A stretch of 40,513 nucleotides of DNA from Myxococcota bacterium (lineage in GTDB: Bacteria > Myxococcota > UBA4151): NCBI GenBank assembly GCA_040260805.1, contig JBDQPD010000021.1:1-40513 (forward strand). Reading direction: 5' to 3'. This document shows, in pieces, positions 32,760-40,513 of the stretch. Both the position numbers and the translations under genes were made by a program. Each line of letters begins with the position of its first letter. The first letter of the stretch is position 1. Below the pieces are notes generated by a model. The model had not been told where the DNA came from, ran no database searches, and saw only the letters and a program-made list of their open reading frames with translations.

Positions 32760-34120
32760 AGGTTTTGATTCTCGGAGCCGGTCAAGTCGGCGAAACACTC
32801 GCGCAGCGCTTGGTCGGTGAAGCCAGTGATGTGACCCTCGTTGATCAAGATCGCCAGCGCCTTGACCAGGTGACCGAGCACTTGGATGTGAGCCATTTTA
32901 CAGGAAATGCAGCGAGTCCTGCCCTGCTCAAGGACGCGGGAATCGACACGACCGATTTGTTGGTCGCGGTGACCGATGAAGACGAGGTCAATCTTCTCGC
33001 TTGTCTCGTTGGGGGTAGTTTAGCGCCTGGCTGCACCTTGGTCGCTCGTGTTCGTGACCTTGACTTTCATGCGCATCGAGAGCTCCTCGAAGCCGGTGGA
33101 GTGCGGGTGGATGGTTGGATCAGCCCGAGGCAAGTCGCAGCCAAAGAGCTCGCCGATCTGGCCCTTCTGCCCGGCGCCGTACAGGTCAAAGAGTTCCTTG
33201 CGGGTGCTGTGCGCTTGGTGGCGAGCCGGCTGCGTTCAACCTCGGACTTGATCGATAAGGATTTGGCGACGCTTCGACAAACGGGTCAACTCGATGATCT
33301 GACCATCGTCGGGGTGGAACGTGATGGCTATTTTGTTCCGCCTAAGGGCAACACGACGCTGCGCGTCTCCGATCTTTTGTTTGCGGTTGGGCGCGGTGAA
33401 GCGCCAGACCGACTACCGTCTCTGTGCGGGCATTTGCCGCGGCGAGTTAAGAACGTCATGGTCGCCGGCGGTGGTCGTGTGGGTGTCCATTTGGCGAAGG
33501 TGCTCCTGGAGCGTGGTCTGCATGTTCGGATCGCTGAGGGCGATTTGAGACGTTGCCATGAGATTGCGGAGCGACTGCCCAAGGCGGACGTCCTCAATGG
33601 CGACTGCACCGACCAGGACTTTTTGATCGAAGAGCGCATCGCTCACGCAGATTGTTTCATTGCGTGCACCATCGATGATGAGGTCAATATTCTCACCGCT
33701 TTACTGGCGAAGAAGCTAGGCGCTAAAGCTGCCTTAGTCCGTGAGAACACCTCTCATTACACCACGTTAACGGAGAGTATTGGGGTCGATGCTGCAGTCT
33801 CAGTTCGTCACGCGGCGGTTGGATCGATCTTGCGCTACGCCCGTCGAGGCGATGTGCTCGCTGCCCAGCCTTTTGGTACGACTGAGGGCGAAGCGCTTGA
33901 GGTTCGAGCTCGTGAAACATCACCCTTGGTCAGTGCGCCGGTCGCAGAGCTTCATTTGCCGCGAGACGTGGTCATTGGTGCCGTATTGCGCAACGGTCAT
34001 GTGTTAGTGCCAACCGGTGGGTTTCAAATCCAACCGGATGATCGTGTGGTCATTTTTGCTCCGCAGAGGCGGATTACCGATGTTCAAAAGCTTGTCGCTG
34101 TCGGTTTTGAATTCATCTAG
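32756..34120 (+). CDS. trkA: Trk system K+ uptake regulatory subunit
   Basis: MKVLILGAGQVG, AVTDEDEVN, second RCK VAGGGRVG, DDEVNIL; 454 aa. Confidence 0.95.
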   Translation: MKVLILGAGQVGETLAQRLVGEASDVTLVDQDRQRLDQVTEHLDVSHFTGNAASPALLKDAGIDTTDLLVAVTDEDEVNLLACLVGGSLAPGCTLVARVRDLDFHAHRELLEAGGVRVDGWISPRQVAAKELADLALLPGAVQVKEFLAGAVRLVASRLRSTSDLIDKDLATLRQTGQLDDLTIVGVERDGYFVPPKGNTTLRVSDLLFAVGRGEAPDRLPSLCGHLPRRVKNVMVAGGGRVGVHLAKVLLERGLHVRIAEGDLRRCHEIAERLPKADVLNGDCTDQDFLIEERIAHADCFIACTIDDEVNILTALLAKKLGAKAALVRENTSHYTTLTESIGVDAAVSVRHAAVGSILRYARRGDVLAAQPFGTTEGEALEVRARETSPLVSAPVAELHLPRDVVIGAVLRNGHVLVPTGGFQIQPDDRVVIFAPQRRITDVQKLVAVGFEFI

Positions 34121-34135
34121 CAGCGGCGGATTTCG

Positions 34136-35770
34136 ATGTCATTAGGACGAGGCTTAGAACACGCAGCCGAACACGTTCGCCGGCGTCTTTTGATCCGCCT
34201 GATTGGCGGTCTTCTGCTTCTGCTGTCGGTTTCGATGCTGCCCTCTTTGGCGATCGCCTTTTGGATGGGCGAGCTCGATCGAGGCGCATTCGCCGCGACC
34301 ATCATCATCATCGCCCCCTTAGGTTGGCTCTGCTTTCGTTATGGTCGAGGCGCACGCGATGATCTCGCAAGGCGCGAAGGTCTATTGCTGGTCAGCGTCG
34401 CCTGGTTGATCTCGATCCTGGTCGGCTCGATGCCCTTTTATTTGTACGCTCAACGGGTCACGCTCGGTGCAACCGATCAAGCGATCGTGGCGAGCTATCC
34501 TTCCCCGACAGGACGCGCCGTTCACGGGCGTTGTCACCTTGAGGGGGCTGGAGGAGCAGGCTCAGAGTTTTGCAGCATCACCAATTGCCTGTTCGAGTCT
34601 GCAAGTGGTTTTACGACCACAGGTGCGACGGTTCTTGAGCGCGGCCTATGGCGCCAAAAAAGTCGCAAGTTCTCTGAGGATTTGCCCCACGGCATTTTGC
34701 TTTGGCGAAACGTCACTCAGTGGCTCGGTGGTATGGGGATTATTGTTCTAGCGGTGGCCTTGCTGCCCTTGCTTGGGATCGGTGGCATGCAGCTGTTTCG
34801 CGCTGAAGTGCCCGGGCCGACCGCCGCTAAATTGGTGCCGCGCGTCAGTGAGACGGCGCGAACGTTGTGGACTGTTTATGGTGTGATCACCGTGGTGGTG
34901 ACCGCGTTGCTGATGTGCTCAGGTGCGGGCTGGTTTTTAAGTCTAACCCACGCTCTGTCAACGGTCGCTACCGCTGGGTTTTCGCCCTTAGCCGAATCGG
35001 TTGGTGGCTTGAACTCTGCGTTTTCCGAGTACGTGATCATCGCCTTTATGTTGTTCTGCGGCGCCAATTTTGCGCTGCATCACCGGGCGGTGAGTGAGCG
35101 CCGGTTTGTCCATTGGCGAGATCCTGAGTTCCGCGTCTTTATGGTCGTCGTCGTGGGGGTTTCATTACTCACCTACGTCGCCTTGGTGGCATCTGGCACG
35201 AGTGAGGGTTTGATCGCTTTTCGCCACAGCGTGTTCACGGTAGTCAGCTTGGTGACCACCACCGGCTACGCCAGCTACGACTACATGCTCTGGGTGCCAG
35301 GCTTGCCGGTCCTCGCCATCGCGTTTTTGGCGATCTCAACCTTAGGTGGCTGCGTGGGCTCGACCTCGGGTGGCGTGAAGGTGATCCGGCTCGCCCTCGG
35401 GACGCGCCTTGCCGCGCGAGAGTTCTATCGTTTGATCCACCCACGCGGGGTGCGCCCTGTCCGCTTAGCTGAACAGCGCGTCGACTATACCGTGGTTGAT
35501 GGAGTCGCGAGTTTTCTAGTGGTGTTCTTCGTCTTAGGGCTTTTGGGTGCACTCTGGCTGGCGGCCGAGGGGTTTACGCCGATTGAGAGTCTCTCGGCGT
35601 CGTTGGCTACACTGGCCAATGTTGGTCCGGCCTTGGGTGAGTTTGGGCCGTCTGGAAACTACAATAAGGTCTCGGATTTAGGTAAGGTGATGCTGTCGGG
35701 GTTGATGATCCTAGGGCGTTTAGAGTTGCTCACCGTTCTGGTTTTGTTCACTCGTGACTTTTGGAGGTGA
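34136..35770 (+). CDS. trkH: Trk system K+ uptake membrane subunit
   Basis: FESASGFTTTGAT, LLWR..TQWLGGMGIIV, AEVPGP, STVATAGFS, TTTGY, GSTSGGVK, NVGP, MILGRLE. Confidence 0.95.
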   Translation: MSLGRGLEHAAEHVRRRLLIRLIGGLLLLLSVSMLPSLAIAFWMGELDRGAFAATIIIIAPLGWLCFRYGRGARDDLARREGLLLVSVAWLISILVGSMPFYLYAQRVTLGATDQAIVASYPSPTGRAVHGRCHLEGAGGAGSEFCSITNCLFESASGFTTTGATVLERGLWRQKSRKFSEDLPHGILLWRNVTQWLGGMGIIVLAVALLPLLGIGGMQLFRAEVPGPTAAKLVPRVSETARTLWTVYGVITVVVTALLMCSGAGWFLSLTHALSTVATAGFSPLAESVGGLNSAFSEYVIIAFMLFCGANFALHHRAVSERRFVHWRDPEFRVFMVVVVGVSLLTYVALVASGTSEGLIAFRHSVFTVVSLVTTTGYASYDYMLWVPGLPVLAIAFLAISTLGGCVGSTSGGVKVIRLALGTRLAAREFYRLIHPRGVRPVRLAEQRVDYTVVDGVASFLVVFFVLGLLGALWLAAEGFTPIESLSASLATLANVGPALGEFGPSGNYNKVSDLGKVMLSGLMILGRLELLTVLVLFTRDFWR

Positions 35771-35772
35771 GC

Positions 35773-36309
35773 GTGCAGATCGATTTACGGCAGACAGCTC
35801 AAAAGGGCGCTCAAAATATCATTTTAGACGTATCCACTCTGGCTGACTGGTCGGAGTCGAGTGAGGTGCGCCCTGGCGGAAAGGGTGCTGCAGAACTCGA
35901 TTATCAGCGTCAAGGAACAGGTCTGAGGATCACTGGAGCCCTGCGAGCGGAGTTGCTCAGCGATTGTGCTGTTTGTGGTGCTCAGGTCGAGCAGACTCAC
36001 GAGATTTCGGTGAGCGCAACGTTTATGCGTTCGAGTGATTTGGCAGCCGTTGATGATGATCTACGCGATGACGATGGAGTGCAGGGTTGTTTACTCGATG
36101 CTGAGGTCATGGAAGAAGAACGGTTTGAGGGTGATGTCATCGATTTAGCGTCTTGGCTACGCGATGAGTGGCGCCTGGGTCTTCCTCTGGCCTTGCGTTG
36201 CCCCGACGAGGTGTGTAGGGAAGCCGCCGCTTCAGGCCAGAAAGCGCCGGTGGATCCCCGCTGGGCTGGACTTGCAGCTTTACGTGATAATTTACCCGGA
36301 GGTGAGTGA
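35773..36309 (+). CDS. yceD: YceD/DUF177 family protein
   Basis: CAVC, IDL...LRDE..L.LP...C....C, terminal DPRWAGL; directly upstream of rpmF; GTG after GGAGG. Confidence 0.85.
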   Translation: MQIDLRQTAQKGAQNIILDVSTLADWSESSEVRPGGKGAAELDYQRQGTGLRITGALRAELLSDCAVCGAQVEQTHEISVSATFMRSSDLAAVDDDLRDDDGVQGCLLDAEVMEEERFEGDVIDLASWLRDEWRLGLPLALRCPDEVCREAAASGQKAPVDPRWAGLAALRDNLPGGE

Positions 36310-36310
36310 A

Positions 36311-36529
36311 ATGCCCGTACCTTACCGTCGCAAATCAGCTTCTCGTGCGCGTATGCGCCGCTCCCACGATGCCTTGAAGGCGGTTGGTTCGACCACTTGT
36401 TCCAACTGCGGAGAGCCTGTGCTGCCGCATCACGTATGCCGCGCTTGCGGTTTCTATAAAGGCGAGCAGGTCATCGGTGTCGGCGAAACCGCCAACGTCG
36501 AAGAAGAAGCAGAGGCTGCCGCTGAGTAA
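36311..36529 (+). CDS. rpmF: 50S ribosomal protein L32 (four-Cys zinc form)
   Basis: MPVPYRRKSASRARMRRSH...CSNCG...PHHVCRACGFYKG; true start is ATG 36311. Confidence 0.96.
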   Translation: MPVPYRRKSASRARMRRSHDALKAVGSTTCSNCGEPVLPHHVCRACGFYKGEQVIGVGETANVEEEAEAAAE

Positions 36530-36564
36530 AGCGGTCAGTCCCGGTCTCGCCGGAGCGCTCTAAA

Positions 36565-37572
36565 GTGACTCAAAATGCAGCGTTCATCGCACTTGATGCG
36601 ATGGGTGGTGACCACGCACCGGAACCTATGGTTCAGGGTGCTCTGGACGCGGTGCGCCTTGACGGGCGCGCTGTGCTGCTTTTTGGGCGCCGCGAAAGTC
36701 TTGAGCCCTTACTTAAAGGCGCCGACTACCCAGTGGATCGCCTCAAGGTGGTTCATTGTCCCGACCTGGTGCCGATGAACGCCAAGCCAGCGCGTGCGAT
36801 GCGGCAAAGCGAGTCGTCGATGGCGCGCTGTTTCAAAGCGGTTAAAGAAGGCGATGCGGTGGCCGGTGTCTCCGCTGGCAACAGCGGCGCGACGATGGCG
36901 CTAGCGTTGCGCTACCTAGGCAGGATCAGTGGTGTGACACGACCGGCTATCTGCCTGACCATGCCTGGTATTGGCGGCCCTCGTCTGCTTCTTGATGCAG
37001 GCGCTAACGCATCGTGCACGGCGGAGATGTTGGCGCAGTTTGCGTTGATGGCCGATTGCTACGCTCGAGCGGTCTTTGGCATGGATTCTCCGCGCGTGGC
37101 GGTGCTCTCCAACGGCGAAGAAGAGGGCAAGGGCACGGAGCTCACCAAAGCCGCGTTTGAGCACATCAGCGAGACGACGCTCAACTTTGTGGGCTATTGC
37201 GAGGGGCGTGATTTGTTCACCGATGCTGTCGATGTGATCGTCACCGATGGGTTTACTGGTAACGTGGCGCTCAAAACTCTTGAGGGCACAGCCCGCTTTA
37301 TTGTGGCTCAACTCAAAGTTGAGATCGGCGGATCCTTACTTGCGATGGCTGGCGCGATGCTGGCTAAGGGTGCCTTTGAGGGGCTCAAGGAGACGCTTGA
37401 TCCAAGCCAGTACGGTGGCGCCCCTTTGCTTGGGCTCAACGGCCCCGCGATCATCGCCCATGGCTCTTCGGATGCGCTCGCTATCCGCTCTGCTATTCGG
37501 GTCGCCGAGCGCTGCGCTGAGCAGGACCTGACCGTGCAAATTGAGTCCGCCCTGAGCCAATTAACTGCGTAA
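36565..37572 (+). CDS. plsX: Phosphate acyltransferase
   Basis: IALDAMGGDHAP, SAGNSGA, LDAGAN, NGEEEGKG, TDGFTGNVALK, YGGAPLLGL, HGSS. Confidence 0.97.
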   Translation: MTQNAAFIALDAMGGDHAPEPMVQGALDAVRLDGRAVLLFGRRESLEPLLKGADYPVDRLKVVHCPDLVPMNAKPARAMRQSESSMARCFKAVKEGDAVAGVSAGNSGATMALALRYLGRISGVTRPAICLTMPGIGGPRLLLDAGANASCTAEMLAQFALMADCYARAVFGMDSPRVAVLSNGEEEGKGTELTKAAFEHISETTLNFVGYCEGRDLFTDAVDVIVTDGFTGNVALKTLEGTARFIVAQLKVEIGGSLLAMAGAMLAKGAFEGLKETLDPSQYGGAPLLGLNGPAIIAHGSSDALAIRSAIRVAERCAEQDLTVQIESALSQLTA

Positions 37573-37637
37573 TCAACGCGCAGTTGACACAAACCTTGGT
37601 CCACGTTCGATGCCTCGCATTGGACAGGAGCATCGTT

Positions 37638-38621
37638 ATGCACCGTAGCCGTATTCTAGGGACAGGGTCCTACCTGCCCGAACGTGTGATCACCAACCAT
37701 GATCTTGAGAAGCTCGTTGAGACCAACGACGAATGGATTACCTCTCGTACAGGGATCCGCGAACGTCGCCAGGTCGGTGACGGGCAGGCTTGCTCTGATT
37801 TAGCCCTTGAAGCTTCGCGACGAGCGATCGCTGATGCGGGCATCGACGCGAGCGAGATCGAGATGGTCGTGATCGGAACCGTCACGAGCGATATGCCCTT
37901 CCCATCGACTGCCGTGTTGGTGGCGCAGGCGCTGGGTTTGAAATGCTGCGCATTTGATCTCTCAGCTGCCTGCTCCGGCTTCATGCACGCGCTGGCCATG
38001 GCGGACAATGCGGTGCGTACTGGCATGATCAAAAAGGCGCTGGTGATCGGCGCTGAGGCGCTCACCACCATCGTCAATTGGGAAGACCGTGGAACCTGCA
38101 TCTTGTTTGGTGATGGCGCCGGGGCTGCGATCATCGGCTGCACCGATGCCAACGACCCTAAAGGGCTCGGCCCGATTCATCTGCATTCGGATGGCTCGTT
38201 AGCGGAAGAGTTGTGCATCCCAGCAGGTGGCAGTCGCACGGAATTGACCCCCGAGCTGCTGGCTCAAAAGAAGAACAAAGTGCACATGACCGGAAACGTC
38301 ATCTTCAAGCATGCCACGCGCAACCTCGCCTCGGTGGCTCAAGAAGCGCTTGAGTCCGCAGGGTGGACCGCTGACGATGTGGACCACGTGATCGCTCATC
38401 AGGCCAATCTGAGGATTCTCGATGCCTGTTTGAAGCGCTGCGGTATGCCCAGCGATAAGCTGTTCGTGAATCTAGACCGCTATGGCAACACCTCGGCAGC
38501 AAGTCTTCCGATCGCTTTGGATGAAGCGCGCCGTGAAGGGCGCCTCAAATCCGGCGATAAATTGCTCTTCCTCGCCTTAGGTGGCGGCATCGTGTGGTCC
38601 GGTGGGACCTGCACGCTCTAA
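37638..38621 (+). CDS. fabH: 3-oxoacyl-ACP synthase III
   Basis: GTGSYLP, WITSRTGIRERR, AACSGF, LFGDGAGA, HQANLRI, YGNTSAAS; ATG at 37638 after AGGAG. Confidence 0.96.
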   Translation: MHRSRILGTGSYLPERVITNHDLEKLVETNDEWITSRTGIRERRQVGDGQACSDLALEASRRAIADAGIDASEIEMVVIGTVTSDMPFPSTAVLVAQALGLKCCAFDLSAACSGFMHALAMADNAVRTGMIKKALVIGAEALTTIVNWEDRGTCILFGDGAGAAIIGCTDANDPKGLGPIHLHSDGSLAEELCIPAGGSRTELTPELLAQKKNKVHMTGNVIFKHATRNLASVAQEALESAGWTADDVDHVIAHQANLRILDACLKRCGMPSDKLFVNLDRYGNTSAASLPIALDEARREGRLKSGDKLLFLALGGGIVWSGGTCTL

Positions 38622-38633
38622 AGGAGATAGCAG

Positions 38634-39569
38634 ATGACTCGAGCATGGATTTTCCCCGGTCAAGGCGCACAGATCGTGGGCATGGCAGTCGACCTTGCAG
38701 AGCGCTTTTCTGAGGCTCGCGACACCTTGGCCGAAGCGGATGATGCGCTCGGCTTTAGCCTGAGCCAGCTGATGGCGGAGGGGCCAATGGAGACATTGAC
38801 CCTGACCGCAAACACCCAGCCAGCTATTGTAGCGCATTCGGTCGCTGTCGTGCGGGTCTTACGAGCCGCTGGCGTCGATGAGCCGATTGCGGTCGCAGGT
38901 CATAGCCTCGGCGAATACAGCGCGTTGGTCGCGTCTGGGGCTTTGACGTTGTCGGACGCATTGCGTTCGGTGCGCGCTCGAGGTCAGTTCATGCAAGACG
39001 CGGTTCCGGCTGGGGTGGGCGCCATGGCGGCTGTGATCGGACTCGACGCCCCCACGGTGACCAAAGTGTGCGCAGAGTTGTCGAGCGACCAAAGCCTCGT
39101 GTGTGCGGCGAACTTCAACGACCCCACGCAGACGGTGATCGCAGGTCATAAGGCAGGCGTTGAGTCGGCGATGCCAGCGCTCAAAGAAGCGGGCGCTCGG
39201 CGCGTGCTTCCCTTGCCGGTTTCGGCTCCCTTTCATTGCCCTTTGATGGCGCCCGTTCAGCCGCGCCTTGATGAAGTGCTCGGCAAGATCAGCGTGAGTG
39301 AACCCTCGATTCCGGTGGTCGCTAATGTCGACGCCGTCGCCAATCGTGACGGCAGCAGGATTCAGGGTTTACTCGTAGAGCAGGTGTGCGCGCCGGTTCG
39401 TTGGGTGGATTGTGTCGAGACGCTGCGCGCTCAAGGAGCGGATGAGCTGCTCGAATTGGGTCCAGGAAGAGCGCTCGCCGGGATGGTGCGCCGCATCGAC
39501 AAAGAACTCCCGACAACCAGTCTAGGGACCGCAGATCAGATCACCGCCTATTTGGAGGCTCAATCATGA
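38634..39569 (+). CDS. fabD: Malonyl-CoA:ACP transacylase
   Basis: FPGQGAQ, TQPA, GHSLGEY, VSAPFH, PVRW, ELGPG. Confidence 0.97.
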   Translation: MTRAWIFPGQGAQIVGMAVDLAERFSEARDTLAEADDALGFSLSQLMAEGPMETLTLTANTQPAIVAHSVAVVRVLRAAGVDEPIAVAGHSLGEYSALVASGALTLSDALRSVRARGQFMQDAVPAGVGAMAAVIGLDAPTVTKVCAELSSDQSLVCAANFNDPTQTVIAGHKAGVESAMPALKEAGARRVLPLPVSAPFHCPLMAPVQPRLDEVLGKISVSEPSIPVVANVDAVANRDGSRIQGLLVEQVCAPVRWVDCVETLRAQGADELLELGPGRALAGMVRRIDKELPTTSLGTADQITAYLEAQS

Positions 39570-40126
39570 GTGTTGCTTTAGTCACCGGCGCAAGCCGCGG
39601 GATTGGCCGAGCGATCGCCCTTGCGATGGCTCAAGCTGGTCATCATGTGATCATTAATTATGCTGGCAATGAGGCGGCCGCAGACGAGACGTTAGCGGCC
39701 GTTCAAGCCGCCGGTGGCTCCGGCCAAACGTTGCGCTTTGACGTCGGTGATGACGCCGCCGTTTCGGGAGCGATGAAGAGCATTCTTAGCGAGCATGGGC
39801 AGATCGATGTGTTGGTAAACAACGCTGGGATCTCAATCGATGGCTTGCTGATGCGCTTCAAGGCGGATGACTGGGATCAGGTTTTAGCGACCAATCTTCG
39901 CGGCGCGTTCTTGACCACCAAAGCGGTGGCGCGTCCGATGCTCAAAGCCCGAAGCGGTCGAATCATCAACATCGGTTCGGTCGTGGCAGCTGCGGGGAGC
40001 GCCGGTCAGCCGGCTTATTGCGCAGCGAAAGCCGGGCTCGAGGGTTTGACCCGGCTTGAAACTTGCGAAACTTCCGTGTCCGCAACCGGCAACTGGAGCG
40101 CAGCATGTCTCGATCGTCTTCCATAG
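39566..40126 (+). pseudogene. fabG: 3-oxoacyl-ACP reductase FabG, truncated (homology lost at about 40055)
   Basis: TGASRGIG, NNAGI, YCAAK, GLEGLTR, then the unrelated LETCETSVSATGNW...; the expected slAkE...itVN.vaPGfi C-terminal third is absent in all three forward frames. Confidence 0.8.
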
Positions 40127-40512
40127 CAGTCCTGATTGCGCTCAATGCGTTGCCGCTTTACGGCGTCATCGCCTGGGGCTGGCAGAGTTTCGATCTGATT
40201 TTTCTGTACTGGCTCGAGAACCTATTCATCGGTGTATTCACCGTACTGCGTATGCTCGTGCGGCCTTACCGGCACGGCGTCGATCTGGTGTTGCCGCTGT
40301 TCTTCGTTCCTTTTTTCACGATGCACTACGGCATATTCTGTTTAGTGCACGGCAGCTTTATATTTGCGTTGTTTGGTCCGGAAGACTTTGTAACTTCCGG
40401 TTTGACCGGCCCGCTTGCCAATATCTGGCCGGTGCTGCAACACAGTAGTTTGTTCTGGGCGGCATTAAGCCTGTTGCTGCTGCAATTGTTCGACTGGTTG
40501 CGCGATATCCGC
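40105..40512 (+). CDS. Membrane protein, DUF6498-like (3'-partial; not in the ORF track)
   Basis: GGAG RBS then MSRSSSIAVLIALNALPLYGVIAWGWQSFDLIFLYWLENLFIG...FFTMHYGIFCLVH..., open to the window end. Confidence 0.75.
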   Translation, partial: MSRSSSIAVLIALNALPLYGVIAWGWQSFDLIFLYWLENLFIGVFTVLRMLVRPYRHGVDLVLPLFFVPFFTMHYGIFCLVHGSFIFALFGPEDFVTSGLTGPLANIWPVLQHSSLFWAALSLLLLQLFDWLRDIR

Positions 40513-40513
40513 C

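Noticed and set aside
40055..40448. Frameshift rescuing fabG through the ORF beginning LKLAKLP
   Set aside because: LAK is a chance match. The following residues lack the E...VN.V.PG motifs, and the region is better explained by the membrane-protein gene at 40105.

Overview
About 40.5 kb of GC-rich bacterial chromosome, most likely from a Myxococcota-like deltaproteobacterium. This is an inference from the myxobacterial Cys-rich repeats, AgmX/PglI-type TonB-C lipoprotein, PEGA protein, bactofilin and DAG-rich lipoprotein linkers. Housekeeping genes: the 3' end of ribD, pyrE, elbB, fbaA, trmB, epmA, dksA, dusA, pgsA, tRNA-Cys(GCA), tRNA-Gly(GCC), and a long co-directional block ribE-ribB(X)-ribH-nusB-(2 ORFs)-trkA-trkH-yceD-rpmF-plsX-fabH-fabD-fabG'. 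Envelope and signalling genes are interspersed. The most notable observations are: (1) two translationally coupled, paralogous membrane hybrid histidine kinases with complementary catalytic defects, suggesting an obligate two-protein phosphorelay; (2) a 1661-aa secreted mosaic protein (uncharacterised N-terminal module, acidic helical stalk, 4 Cys-rich repeats, 7 RCC1 blades, fibrinogen-like and small lectin-like domains) behind a near-consensus sigma-54 promoter with tandem enhancer-like sites; (3) a one-cysteine, zinc-less DksA flanked by a 13-bp inverted repeat; (4) a RibB fused to a degenerate GTP cyclohydrolase II domain; (5) fabG breaking abruptly at about 40055 into unrelated DNA, probably an assembly chimera or a rearrangement. 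No CRISPR array, rRNA, transposase or integrase was seen. All calls come from manual motif reading; no searches were run.
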